A stretch of 64,000 nucleotides of DNA from Eledone cirrhosa (Eukaryota), in assembly GCA_964016885.1 (NCBI GenBank), contig OZ024740.1, positions 65,348,001-65,412,000 on the forward strand, in the 5' to 3' direction. The notes beneath the pieces are model-generated. The model was given only the letters and a program-made list of their open reading frames with translations, was not told the DNA's origin and did not search any database. Both the position numbers and the translations under genes were made by a program. Of the stretch, positions 12,500-27,740 are shown piece by piece (within the stretch, counting starts at the first letter, position 1; the number at the start of each line of letters is the position of its first letter).

Positions 12500-13350
12500 T
12501 CAAAGAAAAATGTGTCGCATAACGTCGACCATTTCTTCATATTACATCATGATTAACATTGCAGAATAACCAATTCTACCCAGAGGTGAACCACTAAATT
12601 TAAACAAGCTCTTTACTAGGGCGGCCTGGATGACTGGACTAAACTGTTTAGTTTTACGAATCTCGCAGTCAGGCTCACGATGCCATGCCATGGAAGCTGA
12701 GAGTATGGAGGGACACTCCCTCTCATACATCACGCCAGCGCCGACTATAAAAATCGTGTATGCGACAGAGTCAACATCAACCTAATTGAACGTGACATTT
12801 TAGCTACGGTAACTCTGCTCACCTCAAGCCACACTGTACTCCAGCCCACTCCGGCGGATATTCTAAAAGCGTTCCGTCATGAGCACCCGGAATCCCCAGC
12901 TGACATCAAGGAAGTCCAAGTTTCGGCTAGTACTCTATCCTTGGCCGGATCTAGTCAGGACTCATTAGCTGCTCTGGGATGTTTGACAGGGAGCAACAGT
13001 GGCAGAGTGGGCATCACATAGACCCAGTCATCTCAGAGACCTTATTTTCCAAACGATGCCGAGGCAGCCGCATGCCTGCTCAAGTCAATCATAGCTCTGT
13101 CCAACTGTCTTCCGTTCGCTAACCTGCTCTGCCACTCAGTTTATAGTGGGCAACGTCTTCCGACCACTTGCAGCCGAGATAGCTTGCAAGTCAGTCAAGG
13201 ATGACATGGGTGAGGTGCTAAACCTGTCAAGTTCCGAGTGGGCATCAAGTGTGGATGTGAGGCGGCATCTCATAGGCCAGACGCTTTATAGATCACACGC
13301 CTTCTCTTTGACCCCCACGCCCCAGTGAAGCTGGACGTGAGATAGGTTTT
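12500..13350 (-). mobile_element. Highly decayed GC-richer coding-like segment, possibly an LTR retrotransposon (Ty3/gypsy) integrase remnant
   Basis: Compositional shift and only faint peptide similarity by eye (DDWVYVMPTLPLLL, THDF..RR); not decisive. Confidence 0.3.
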
Positions 13351-13984
13351 CAATAGCTTCAGGCGTGATCGCGTCTTATATGCGTGTCTTAGATACGCTC
13401 CCTTTACATTCCTTCTTGCTCAACTCTCGTACGGACCGCTCAGCTTACACATGGCCACTGAAATCAAGCTCTTATCCATTATGGGTGTCATCCTCGCCCC
13501 TTCATTTTTCTTTCTTCCTTTGTCTAGTACTCATTTCTCTTCCCCGCCTTTCCCTCTCATGTATGGCATGTATAGTGCTTTCTGATGCTGCTTTCTTTCT
13601 CTGTGTGTTTAACCAATTTATAGTTAGAGCAACAATAATCTTTCCTTAATAAACCTTAAGAAAATAGGAGTTAATTAAGAAATGTAGGCTTAATTTTACC
13701 TTAACAGAAACATTTATAGTTAACTTCTCCAAATGGGTGCTATGCATATCACTAACAGACGGCAAAACCTAGAATAAACATTGAAAGTTCACAAACCTTG
13801 AATTTTTGAAAATTCCAAAAGCAAGGTGGTGTAGGAGAGAAAAAAAAGGGGAGACACACAAATCTCCAATCAATAAATCATGATATAAGCAGAATAAAAC
13901 ACTCGATTTTAAATGCATATTTCCAATCGTGATATGGGACCATCTCCCTAGTACAGTATCGTGAATATTTATAATAAAATAGAA

Positions 13985-14210
13985 GCTTTCTTTCAGCGAG
14001 TACTTGTAGCACTTCCCTAGTCTTCCCCGAGAACGCTTTCCCTTTTGAAATTCGCAATGAAAGAGCTTCTTAGGAAGTAAATGTTCGTTCATGCGGCGGA
14101 CATGTCTTTCCCATCACAGTTTGCAATAAATAAACAATGGATGGTGCAATCATGATAACATTTCCGACGTCTTTTGAATCATGAATCAGGCCACGTTCTT
14201 CTGACACTAC
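13985..14210 (-). pseudogene. RTE (BovB-like) LINE C-terminal remnant
   Basis: MNEHLLPKKLFHCEFQKGKRSRGRLGKCYKYSLKES matches the RTE RLPKxxxYGELxxGKRxxG..K.YKD.LK tail. Confidence 0.6.
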
Positions 14211-16134
14211 GGTGTATATGTATATAGCAATATCGAAAATCAGACCGATCCATATCGCCCATTTGATTTACCTAAACCTGCTCCCTGAAGTAGCCGGGTC
14301 AATTATTGTGTAAATGTATCAGTATGTAATAAATATTGACATTAATATTTAGAATGTCCGAGAAAGGTGTGAATACATTGTATGGTTGCCTTCTCTAACA
14401 CTTCTATATGTCAAATCATGTCTTCTTGCTTGACTTTGTAATATTTCGCAAGTATCTCATGTCGAATTAATTGATCTTCCTGGCCTGGCGAGTAAAGATT
14501 GTTCAGGTTTCACTGCTATAGAGATGAGAGGGAAATACGATAGATTTGTAAACTTGAAACTGATATTCATGTCTTTTCAGCTTAATGTTTATTCATTGTT
14601 TTTACCTAAAGCTGAACTGACTTTGGAGATCATGTACTATGAGCAAATGCCAACAGCTGCCGATTTTCGTCCTTTTATAGTGATGATAATTTCTCTGTAG
14701 GAAGAAATAGAGGTTGCTTCGAAATGCACTTTGGTATTTCCGTGCTTATAGTTAGATCACTTCATAACAAGTTTCAAAAACTAAATTTAGTCTTGCTTGA
14801 TTGTCAGTTTATCAACTGGCATTGAGAGTAAATTCATTGGCAAAGAAAAACTCTTAATCTAAGTCCTTATATATCGTCTTCCCTTAAGTCTGTTGAGATT
14901 ACAGATGCCACCTCCATCCAATCTGTATCTGATAATTACACCTTTGTTTGTGTCCCAGTACGTGTTGAATATGTACACAATTAAAAGAAGAGTGTTTAAC
15001 ATCATGATTTCATGTAATAGAATTACCGATGAAATTTCATTAAGGCGTACACTGGAATAAACGAACTCAACCCCGAATTACGTCTCCATTGATAGGTCAA
15101 AAAGTGAGTCCCCCTTCTGTTTCAGCCAGTAAGAGGTGTCGTGGAACAGTAGCCACGTCCTGGCAATCAGAATAAGTCTGATATCAGGGTCGTTGCTTCC
15201 AGAGATTTATCTCCCAAAGCTATGGCTTTCTGTAGATGGTGATGCGCTAATGTAAGATACCGGTTCCCGATGTCTAACGGGGACATTCATCAGGCTGCTT
15301 TACTCGCGAAGTTGCGAATTCAGCTGACAATGGAGTTGCTGGTATCCCATTGCACACTCGTTTCTAATCAGAAACAAATATAGCCAAAGTACCATATTTC
15401 CTTCAACTTAAACAATGTTAATTTCAGTTATCCTGTTTAGATTGTATCGATTTAAATTCCGACCATAATAGAATAACAGAAGGCGTACAATTTAACCCAA
15501 ATATACACCCCAGCCTGCAGAAAAAGGAAAACGACTCTAACGTGTTACTGTTGTTTAGTAGCGTGCCTCGAAATCCCATTCTCCATTTTGCTTTAACTTT
15601 TTTCGAAAATATTAATTGCATAGACGTGTTGTCGTATTGAAGCCGCTGGGAACGTAGAGATAAATGAAATCCTCAATATAAAACCATATATATATATAGA
15701 GAGAAAATGTAATATTATATATATAAATATAACATAATTAGAGAAGAAAGCTCCGATCGCTCATTTTGTTTTGTGCTGGACTGTTTCAGCTTCGCATCTG
15801 CAAAGAGCGTATTAGAAATGAAATATCATACTAAAATACACTGAATAAAACATTACATAGTTTGTTTTGTTTCATTATTTGTCTTCATTTGCCCTTCGTA
15901 TTTTTCTACCGTATTTTACCGTCTTACTAAAACACATACACACACATACACATGGCACACATTCACACATGCACACACACACACACACACACACTAACAC
16001 ACATACACACACACATGTATGTGTGTGTATATATATATATATATAAATGTGTGTGTGTGTATGTGCATGTGTCTGTGTCTGTGTGTTTACCTATCTATCT
16101 ATCTATCTCTCTCTCTCTCACTATCTCTCACTCC

Positions 16135-16170
<36 letters not shown>

Positions 16171-16174
<4 letters not shown>

Positions 16175-16417
16175 CACGATAAATTAACGGAGGCATAGGC
16201 CCTCGCTATTCCCTGTAAATAATGTGCTCAAAGGAGAAGAAATCCTGACCTCTTTAAAATACAATATGTTGAAAAGGCAACACACCAGGGAGATATATAC
16301 AGTGCGTTACCTTTTCAACGTATTGTATTTTAAAGAGCTCAGGATTTTCTTCTACTTTGAGCACATTATTTACAGGGAATAGCGAGGGCCTATGCCTCCG
16401 TTAATTTAGCGTGATAT
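16171..16417. repeat. Long hairpin: about 115-bp inverted arms with a short spacer, abutting (TA)n; start of a probable PLE-type terminal repeat extending to about 16880
   Basis: ATATCACGATAAATTAACGGAGGCATAGGCCCTCGCTATTCCCTG... pairs with ...CAGGGAATAGCGAGGGCCTATGCCTCCGTTAATTTAGCGTGATAT; decayed HHR-like motif at 16621-16695. Confidence 0.85.
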
Positions 16418-17382
16418 TTCGCTCCTAATAACAGACTTTCTTATCTCTGTTTGGTTGAGCACACTTCTCTGAGTGGCTTTGGGCTGCACGTTCTAGCAGT
16501 TCGTCCCTCAGAGGCCACTGGTTCACTGCCCTTAAACACGCTGTGACTTCTCTCTCCCACGTGTAGCTGGACAGCCACTTTTAAAATTCTCTTAGTGTTG
16601 TCTGAAATGTATAGCCTTACACATGCTGATGAACCGAGCCTAACCCATTTCTTTCAACAAATTACTGGTGAAACATATCTTTGGATTAGCATTTTTGGAT
16701 GTGTACGTGTGTTATATAGTTATAGAGGTATTTATTTACGCTTTAATTTATATTTTTGATTATCGTGTCTATAATCTGCCTTTCATAGGTTATAGATTCC
16801 ATACACTAGTGGGTTTTTTCCCTGTTTTATTGATAGCGCACTGTATATCTCTCTCTGGTCTGTTACCTTTTCAACATATTGTATATATATATATGTACAT
16901 CAACGATATTAATAGGAAACTATATTTATAAAAACCCTATTTATTCTATTAGATATATTTCAAGGGTACACAAACTTTGGTACGCACTCATCAGATAAAA
17001 CACAACGCTTGTTTTATAAATAATGACATATCCAGGAATGAGACCTTAACGGTCCAAGTTTTACGAAGTAAATATATGACATTCCGCTACGGTCTTGATT
17101 ATTCAATTCCCGTATTGGCAATACGGGAATTCAATAATCAAGACTGTATCGGTATGTCATATATAAAATCATATATTTTGTCTAATGAGAACGTACTAAA
17201 AAAACAACACAGTAACTTTGAAATATATATAATAATGTATATATTTTGATTATGCGAATAATTTTCCTTTGTTAACATTATGAATAATATTAAAAACTCC
17301 AGGAAAACTGACATGTTGAGTGCTGCTAATCTATTGTAAAACTGTATTCGTTGAGTAATCAACGAACTATATTAATCTTTGG

Positions 17383-17439
<57 letters not shown>

Positions 17440-17602
17440 ATATTCCGGGGATAACCACAGTAAGTAAGGTGCTCAAGACAATCAGGTGTATTCAGCACCT
17501 TATTTACCACAGTAAGTAAGGTGCTCAATACATAGCGTCCTGTAGAAGCTTTTCTATATGTAAAAAAAAAAATATATATATATAAGCAAAGGGATATTAA
17601 AT

Positions 17603-17700
17603 TTATATGTTCCTTCATTCTCTGCAAATTATCTCCTGTTTTATGTATATATAAATATATAAAACAGGAGATAATTTGCAAAGAATGAAGGAACATATAA
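17603..17700. repeat. About 98-bp near-perfect palindrome centred on a TA-rich loop
   Basis: TTATATGTTCCTTCATTCTCTGCAAATTATCTCCTGTTTTAT...ATAAAACAGGAGATAATTTGCAAAGAATGAAGGAACATATAA. Confidence 0.85.
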
Positions 17701-17917
17701 TTACGAAATGTTTTATATTTAAATTTAACGGAAATATTGAACAGAAATACTCGATATTCAATAATGATTTTTAGTCGCTGGTAGATATTCCATTAAGGAT
17801 TCAGAAATATGTTTTACCATGGAAATGGTGAAATTCAATAATCAATTTGGATTATCGGCGGGCTAGAAACTGAAGTACATAAACTTACACCTTTAATACA
17901 TATCAAGGAGTCGAAAA

Positions 17918-17962
<45 letters not shown>

Positions 17963-18036
17963 CAAATAGAGGTGTAACACACGAGTTGTGTGATATATTA
18001 GTAAAAGGAAAAGAAAATGCTGACAATTTTTTCCCA

Positions 18037-18533
18037 GTGAAAAATAGTTTAATTAGGAATAAGTATAAATTAGTAATAACTATTGGTTAGTATTCAGTTT
18101 TAGTTTTAAGTTTTTACCAGTTGCGCATTACTAATGCTTTTCAAAAATAATTTTGAGTTTCAGTGACTTCACAATCAGGCGAAAAAGAACAATCTTCGAC
18201 AAACTTACATTTGGGGCAAAATCAATTTTTAACATTCACGTGACCTCTACCGACCAATCAAAATTGTGTTGACTACACAAATTTCTGCAACACGAATGGG
18301 CGCGAAATTTATAGTACTCATTCACTTGACATTCAACAACCAACCAAATCTTAATACCTCTGGAGACACTTTTTTCACGTAAAACAGGAAGAATTTCCAA
18401 AACTGATGAGATTAGAGCAAACATCATGAGCGCATTAGAAATGTGCAACCGGTAAAAACTTAAAACTAAAACTGAATACTAACCAATACTTATTACTAAT
18501 TTATACTTATTCCTAATTAAACTATTTTTCACT
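18037..18533. mobile_element. Fold-back element with about 100-bp inverted arms (18037-18137 / 18431-18533) and a decayed U3:A8 HHR
   Basis: Arms are reverse complements; minus strand 18111-18147 reads UUU-UUGAAAA-GCAU(uagua)AUGC-GCAAC-UG-GUA/AAA, with GAAA changed to GCAA. Confidence 0.75.
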
Positions 18534-18760
18534 ATGCGCACTTCAAAAACAAATACCATCATGCGATGCCATTTGCGTTTTCGTCAGATAAAATAGGGAG
18601 ACATGATATGAAGATTAATAAACACTTGTGAAGTGTTTTTTAATCTTCATATCATGTCTCCCTATTTTATCTGACGAAAACGCAAATGTCATCGCATGAT
18701 GATATTCGTTTTTGAAATGCGCATAATAAAATACATGGAACTCTTTTAACCATCTTTTGA
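18533..18760. mobile_element. Family D perfect fold-back (about 95-bp arms, 3-nt loop at about 18628-18630) carrying an HHR
   Basis: 18533-18627 is the reverse complement of 18631-18725. Confidence 0.85.
18663..18733 (+). ncRNA. Type I hammerhead ribozyme, canonical core, palindromic helix III
   Basis: UAUUUUAU-CUGACGA-AAACG..AAUGUCAUC(gcau)GAUGAUAUU-CGUUUUU-GAA-AUGCGCAU-A/AUAAAAUA; 8-bp stem I. Confidence 0.8.
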
Positions 18761-18857
18761 TCTTATATATTATTTATACTCAAGTCCTACAAACTGTAGA
18801 GTGCTACTTATCCGATATTTGCATTGCCTTATTGAACTACAATAAAACTCACCTCCT

Positions 18858-18957
<100 letters not shown>

Positions 18958-19257
18958 TCATATTTAAACGCGCGCGTGTGTAGTCACTTTTGTATGCATG
19001 TGAGTGAGCGTAATTGTGGTATAGATTCATGTATATGAATAATATACCTCTGGAGGTAAAAATCAATATATAATTATTTCGTAACATTTCAAAACGATCA
19101 TACAATTTGGTTTGTTTTTCTGAAATATTTTTGAATAAAGAAGAAGTAATTACCAACTACGCCATTAAATGTGAATTGAAAGTTTTCATTGTGACAGTAA
19201 ACATTTAATCAATAGCGTTGATATCTTTTGTGGTACATATTTAAAACCAATATATAT

Positions 19258-19339
<82 letters not shown>

Positions 19340-19344
19340 GTATA

Positions 19345-19386
<42 letters not shown>

Positions 19387-19912
19387 TGCGTGTAAATATA
19401 TATATGGAAAATGATTGATGGACTCATATGTATGTATGTATGTAATGTATTATTAATAGATTATGAGAATCATGCTGATGAATTACTATAATCATGATTT
19501 ATATAGGTTTTGAAAACATTATATATTACATTACAGCATGTTTTTATTCAAAAATCATTTACTCATAGAAGAAAACTACTTAGCAACATTTAATTTACTA
19601 ACATTGTTTAGTTAAATTAATATCGACAAGACAAATTTAAATCAATGTTATTCGATTGCTATTCAATACATTCAACAGCATTGTTTTAGGATTTTATTTT
19701 ATTATTTTGATTTAATTTCCCAGATGGTATATAGTTGTCCCGCTTTTGATATCTAAATGATTGTCATTGTTCTGAATAATTGCTTTTGTTTTCGTGGCAT
19801 TTGCATATATCCCGTCTAAGTAATATTAGAAAGGAGAAAACGCTGGAGAGAAGATTAAGTTTTTTTTCAGCTGCGTTCTTACATACATAAACACATGCAT
19901 ACACATGTACAC

Positions 19913-20038
<126 letters not shown>

Positions 20039-20837
20039 CTGGCAGACAGACATACACACCCGCACTCAAACATACATATCTGTGCAAGAGGTTTGTTGAA
20101 TTACGAAGTATGGCACATTTCAAAATGTATTCGTCATAATGCATATAACCTTCTAAATTATGTTAATAAGATATTTTGTCCTCCATTCTGAGGCTCCAGT
20201 ACGATGGTGTGTTTAGAGTAGAAGTGCATGCGTTCCAGTGAAGAAAAAACTGTTTAGTGGTATTCATACTGTACCCTTTTATTCTCTGGTTCCATTGCAA
20301 CGAGGTCTACATTATCTTTCATACATTACGGTTCGATATGTATCACCGGTCTAGATTTCCCAGGACTACCACGATATGTTAAATCATCAAAAGGAATTAA
20401 ACACATTTGGGACATTTCTTGTACGTCTTTAATCTCCTTGAATTCTGAATTTAAAACCTACCAAAGTCTCTTGTTTAGTACATTTAATCCATCGTCAGAT
20501 TTTAGACTATTATGTGGCCATTCGTGAGCTTTATCTAAAGTCTAAATTAAAGCAAGTATATGACCTTCATATATTTTCTCTCAGCATTTTCGGAAGACAT
20601 GAAGTGATAAAATATTCATCTTTCGTATTTCCTTGTAGACAAAACAAATGACGTGTATTATTATTCAAAGAAATAGATCTGTTTGTGTCATTTCAATCAA
20701 TTACAAATGTTCTCTAAATAGAATAATTTTGCCTTGTTACTAATCAAATAGAATTTCACGGTAAATACGCCACATCAGAGGTAGACAGACCGAGGAAAGC
20801 GATGATGGAGGAGAAATAGAGAGAGAGAGAGAGAGAG

Positions 20838-20871
<34 letters not shown>

Positions 20872-20956
20872 TGTGTATGTGTGTGATATACCCACAGACA
20901 TATGTAAATAAATATATAAATATATATATATATACATACATACCATACATATATAT

Positions 20957-21043
<87 letters not shown>

Positions 21044-21615
21044 GAGAGAGAAGGGAGATTATATTGATTATAGAATTATTTCCACTTGATGAGATAGTAC
21101 ATTGTTTTTCAGTCTTTGAGGAAATTGCCCAACACCACACTATATGGTTCACCTCTTTAAAAATAAATCGTATTCTTTCGTCCGTGACAAATCTATTTTT
21201 TTCTGCTTCAGTTGACCATTATTTTAAAATTATGCAAAATAACATTTTGATTCTGATATCAGGATTATTTAACTATCAAATTGAATTAATTATTATTCAT
21301 TAATTAATACAATTATTTTAAGCATTATATTGGAGATAAATTATCTTTAAATCTAGTCAATGAATAAATAATAATTTTCATACAATAGATGTCTCAAATA
21401 CTTTGTTGATATCGAGATTTATGAAAATCTCAAAGTAAATATTTCAATCAGATCATCTCTCTTTCTCTCTATGGTAATCGTGACTGAAGATACTTCTTTT
21501 GCCTATTCTATAGACTAAATGACAATGAACTGTATGATGATTGCCAAAACACGTATTGTAATTTAACAAATAAAATCTATTGATTAATCTCACACCCATC
21601 TACGCTACCAAATTC

Positions 21616-21890
<275 letters not shown>

Positions 21891-21899
21891 ATACTTCTT

Positions 21900-22330
21900 T
21901 TTTTCTTTCTTCTGTTTCTTCTTCTTCTTCTTTTTCTTCACCCACATATTCCTGAGAGTGTGGTTAGGGCTTAATCCTCCAACACACCTTTCTGCGGTTC
22001 TTCTCAGAAGCAATTGTCTCAATCTGACCCGGCTGGATCCCTTCCGTGACTAGCTTAGCTCGTGGATTTTATCCAACCTTCTTGCTCGGGGTCTACAACT
22101 GGTTCTCTTGCCGGTTGGTTTTTGCCCCCTAAAATCTCTCCGGCGATTGTTTCTTATGGCATTATAACTACATGCACATAATATCGAAGCTACGATCTCT
22201 CAATTGGCAGAGAGAGCTGCTCGTCAGCAAATGATTCTCTGATTTCTAAGTTACGCACTTTATCGAGTAACTGTACTCCAAAACCCTTCGGAGCAAACCA
22301 ATTTCTGCCGCATTTATTCGCGATCGTATT
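21900..22330 (-). pseudogene. RTE-clade LINE 3' end remnant with a (GAA)n-like tail
   Basis: GVQLLDKVRNLEIRESFADEQLSLPIERS resembles the RTE GVTxxDKVRNxEIRE...RIER motif. Confidence 0.6.
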
Positions 22331-22777
22331 CTTTCGATAATTAATAATTAGACAAGATTCGTGATCATTAAATATTGGATTATATATTAAAGTGTGGCAG
22401 ACCGCCTCCTCCTCATCCTCCTCCTCCTCCTCCTCCTCCTCCTTCTTCTTCTTCTTCTTCTTCTTCTTCTTCTTCTTCTTCTTCTTCTTCTTCTTCTCAT
22501 CGTCGTAGTCCTGGGAAATCTGCAGCACTGCGTACAATCTGCAGGGAACGGCAATGAATAGACCTTGAAATATTATATAGTGTATGACAGGTTCCACACA
22601 TCGATATAAATATATTTTATTTTAGCTCTGTTTCTCTTCATTGAGCGAGTCTTAGCTTTCTCATGTTTTTCTATCCACGGAATTTTTTTATTTTTATAGA
22701 GACATACACTCATTCATACGTATAAATATATAGATAACCGAAGTCACTGAATTTATTTTAGAAGCTACCCGTTCATA

Positions 22778-22814
<37 letters not shown>

Positions 22815-22934
22815 TGTTTGCATGCATATTATCCCGAGTCGGTTTTCTCTTTGCTTTGGTCCCTGCGGCTGGCTTACCGGTCGCTATCTTCAATTTGCCA
22901 AGCTCTCTAAATATAATGTTATTACTTCCATTTG

Positions 22935-23034
<100 letters not shown>

Positions 23035-23648
23035 AATAATAGTATTTATACTTATATATATAAACTATATACAGTTATAAATACGAAAGGGTATTACTAG
23101 TATGAAAAATAGCTCAATGTAAATTATCAGATGCATTACAAAGCAGACATACAAAATATAAAACAATCAAATGTTTGCTTAATGCATTTAATTGGTGACG
23201 ATTCATCGGAGCATGCACAATATATATATATATATATATGTATTGCAGTACAAAAAGGGTTTTATCTACAGTATTAACAATTGTTTCATTGATTAATTTG
23301 ACTAAAAATTGCTAATCACTTGAAGTTGTGTCACTCAATTTTAAATACAATATATACTTAATCAAATCATCGGAAAAACTGATTAAAATTATACACAGCG
23401 TTTGTACATACTAGGAAAATTCAAATCACAACATCAGTAATAAAGAAAGAAAAAAATAGAAAAAGAGAGAGAGAACAAAAGTGAATTTGTTCTTTGTTAT
23501 TGTAGTCTTTATCCTCACTGTTTTAAGCAGCGAAAAACACTACATATAAATATATATATGCATGAGTGTGTGTGTGTGTGTGTACCAAGAGGAATTGACA
23601 CTCACACACACACAAAAGGCACGCATTTTCACATACATACACACACAC

Positions 23649-23710
<62 letters not shown>

Positions 23711-26009
23711 ATGTGTGTGTTTGTGTGTGTGTGAATCAGCGTGCCCTGCATATGTGTTTGTGCTTATTCTGGATTGTCCATGTGTTATTTCTCTTCATAC
23801 AGAATTCAAATTCTATGCAGTTGTATGACTGAAAACATCAACAATTATTATTTTCTTCTTGTGCGGGAATTGCTTAATAAACTTAATCTACGCCATAATG
23901 TTATCTTTGCTTAACAATAAATGCACAACAAAATGGATATGGGCAATACTTAATATACAGTTATTTTAGTATATCTACCCCTTAGAATTACACACCTTTT
24001 GTGGGCTCGTTTAGCTATAGAAATTGGCCAAGAACTTTACGGCCATTAATATTTATCGATTGGCGAGGATCAAAAGCCAAAATCCGATAGACGTGGTATT
24101 AAATCCGAAAGTAAAGGGATGAAAATAATTAGTTTAAGCATTATTTTCTTTATTCCACCTTTAGGCAAGATTTACTTTAACAATACTAACCACTAAGAAA
24201 TCGCTTTCAGCAACGGTGTAAGCAAAGTAACTTTGAAGAATATACAATTACCGCTATATATTCAAATATAATTTAATCTTTTGTGGGGCTTGTATTGTTG
24301 ACGCTTTATATAATCTTGCATTAATAAAACCGCTAATATATTCATTCCCTTACGTAATGATGAGTTCTAAGATTATTTTTATATCTAGAAAGACGCAATT
24401 TTTATCTGATTTTTCTAATCATGATATCTGTCTTCCTTTTTATCTTTAAATATTGCTACTTTAAACTACACAATGAAAGCAATATTTTAAAAAGGTAAGT
24501 AATCGTATATTTTTATATAATTATAGCTAAAGCAATCTTCGAATCGCACATAAAATGTTGAAGAGTGTATTGTAGGCCGTAATAAAAAAAATCTCTTAAA
24601 TAAAGGTGATAGTCATAATTAGAATGTATTTGAGTGGCACTGTCTTCATGTTAGTATCAATAACTTGCATGTAGCATTATGAAAACGTATCCCTTCAATA
24701 TCAAGAATCACCTTTGAAAGGCTAATTTAAACATTGTTCAAAATCAATACCTCTTCCAAACGCTTAGAGGTAATAGATAAAATGAATATCTCTATTTATT
24801 CAATTCCGTTTTAAATGGAATTGTCAATATAACAAACTCTGTAGAGTTGGAAAGAAAATCTCTTATGCTGTAACCATGATGCGGCATGTCGTATTGGCTA
24901 TTTAACCTTCTGAGGTTGATTGAATTCATATTGCCAAAACCTTATTGAGAATTTAATCTACTTAAATTTCAAAAAGGTTTTCAATCACAGTCATGTGATT
25001 ACAAAATTAGTTTCGCAAATAAGTTATCCGGATTCGGTCCCAATGCAAAATAACTTCGGCAGATTTGTAGCCTTTGTTTTCAGTTTTCACAGAAAATCAA
25101 CTGGATCAACGACTTCCATTTTAAATGTGTTTCCGAGGGAACGTCTACACAACCTCTTCGATTAAACACCTAAATGATCACTTCTCACTGTTCTGAAAAT
25201 ATACTGTAGTAATCGATATAAACAAATCGTATTAACTGAAATCTCAATAATAAACCGTGACGTCTTATGGTGGAAAGCCGTTCAACAGATGCCTGCTTGA
25301 ACAAGAATGACTTCAAGCTAACACATATTAGTAGCAACACCATTGCGCAATTTCCCAGAACAGTTATCTTGCAGAGGCAGGGTATAGTTGTGTAGAAATT
25401 CTCCATTCCCTTCACATTCTGATTTTAAATGCTACAGTTAATTTTTATCCGTTAAATTATGCAATAAATACGGAGAACTCCATTGTATCTACTATACAGC
25501 TCTGCAGAAAAAATGTGTGACATTCTGGAAAGTTATTTATTCAATATCTCTTAAATATTCAAATTCAGTCGTGTCATATAGGCAATTACAAATAACTATA
25601 AGGAGTTGCGAATTCCAATACTGTCAAAGACATCGATAATCAATTACTCATTCGTACATATAATTATTCTCTAATTGAGGAACATGCTGGACATTATCTC
25701 CGCTTCTATCTTCGATAATTTGCCTAATGTGCATGTTAAAATCATTAATTTAATTTCATGAGGCACACTTTCGATCTATATCCTGTTTTTCTGGCTACGA
25801 ATAATGATAAAACATGTTTCGCTTGGAAAATAATTCCTGCTCCTGTCAAGAGTAATAATAGATTAAATAATACACTCTTGCTTATAATAGTTTTAGTTTG
25901 TTCCGTCTAAATATTTAATCTATCCCATGTAATCATCTTACAATATACCTACATCTTACTTATTCTATGCCAGGTTTCTTACAATGTTAAATTGATATAC
26001 ATATGCACA

Positions 26010-27280
26010 GATGCAGAAAGGCGCACTCTGAAATAAACAGAACATTAGAACCTGATTTCAAACTTGCTAACTCCCGACATTACCTCCATTTTACATATTC
26101 TCATCAATCGTATACCTGTACTAATCTTCCTTTTAACTTAGTCAAGCAAATGCGTACAATGCTCCCAAACCTAATAAACAGACAAGAAGAGATGAAACAA
26201 ATATTTATAAGAGAAAATATCCTCAGAATGTAATTAACATTTATCAAATTTCTCCCAAGAGCAATTCAAAACAATATCTAAATTCCCGAGAAGCAAAATC
26301 AAAACAAGAAAAAAAGATCATACATTTCAACTTTCAATCTAAAGAACATAGACAGATACGCCCACATACAATTAACCCTATCTATCCTATAAGAAAATGT
26401 AAAATATCTTGCAAAAACAACCAATCATAAAAAGTAAACGACTACCGAAATCACTTAAAAAGATACTAACGAATGCAAAACTGCAAACGCTTACTAAAGC
26501 CTGAATTAAAAAGGTGCAATCTACCTCAGTGTGAAGTATGCAACTATCTGTTAGAGGGCAAGGAATTTAATCTCAAAGACGTGCCCATCTTTAAAATCAA
26601 ATATAACTTCTATTGTAACTTCGAGAATCTAATATACATTATGAGATGTGAAGGCTGCCAGAACATTATATTAAACAAACAAACACTTCACTTGACGACG
26701 AAAGACAGTTCACCACTAAAAAAACAGGGACCAACCCACTGGATAGATCTAGATACATCTAAGCCAACATATAAAGGAATGTAGAGGACGAAATCTGCCA
26801 AATGTTGATGTTTTCCCATTCTATTAGTGCATTCAAAATTTCACTCAGACTAAATATATAAGTAAAGGAAGATTTTACATAAGTAAATTCAAATCAAAAC
26901 TCAATTTTTACAGATATAACAGATAAATAAATAAATAAACGTGAATTACTCACCTTGTAATGAACCAGATTTTTATTAATATAAGCGACAAAGATAAAAC
27001 CAATTGAGACATTTGTGTTCAATACGATCACAATCAAGATAAACATAAAGATAAAACAATTTTCGAAAGACCGTATCTAATATCTTTTTGAAAAGACTGT
27101 AAACACAGCTCAAACCAGTTAATGTAACAAACATATGTAAATAATCATCGAATTACTTGGCACACTAATAGAGAAACCTGCTAATATCCAAAATGTCAAT
27201 CGTTGCAGTTTTCAAGCCGTTCTTTCCCTGTAACACCAATTTGTAATGAAACCTCCTAAGGTTTTCACCTTTTCACTATG
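26010..27280 (+). pseudogene. Penelope-like element 3' half: RT thumb, Cys-rich linker, GIY-YIG and 3' terminal region
   Basis: FKLANSRHYLHFTYSHQSYTCTNLPFNLVKQMRTM (PLE KPTDxxxYLxxxSxHP motif); RCNLPQCEVC...FYCNFENLIYIMRCEGC; decayed UUGAAAA hammerhead-like motif at about 27083-27125. Confidence 0.8.
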
Positions 27281-27480
27281 TATATAGATATATATTATTT
27301 TTTCTCGCTCTCTCTAACTATACATGTATATATATAATATCCATACATATATCTAGCTCTCTTTCTCTCTCCCCACTCTCTCTCTCTCTCTCTCCCTCTT
27401 TCTCTCTATATATATTTATTTATATATATATATGAATATATATATATATATATATGTGTGTGTGTATGTTTGTTTATATG

Positions 27481-27565
<85 letters not shown>

Positions 27566-27621
27566 GTATATATATATATCTATGTGTGTGTGTGTGTGTA
27601 TACGTTTTATGTCGAATAATA

Positions 27622-27740
27622 ATAATGGTTTCTGATTCAGGCACAAGGCCAGTAATCTTAGGGAGAGGAAAGTGGATTAAATCGAACCAATGCGTTACTA
27701 GAACTTTATTTTATCGATCCTGTAAAGATGAAAGGCATTA
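27622..27740 (-). mobile_element. SINE 3' fragment
   Basis: GGCACAAGGCCAG...ACTTTATTTTATCGATCC..AAAGATGAAAGGCA, as in the 9548-9741 copy. Confidence 0.65.

Noticed and set aside
15255-15297. Minus-strand CUGAUGA-AUGUC..GACAU-cGGGAACCGGUA motif
   Set aside because: The GAAA box is corrupted and stem I does not pair; not called as a ribozyme.
16621-16695. CUGAUGA...GAAAC hammerhead-like motif
   Set aside because: Helix III and the NUH triplet cannot be formed convincingly; at best a decayed copy.
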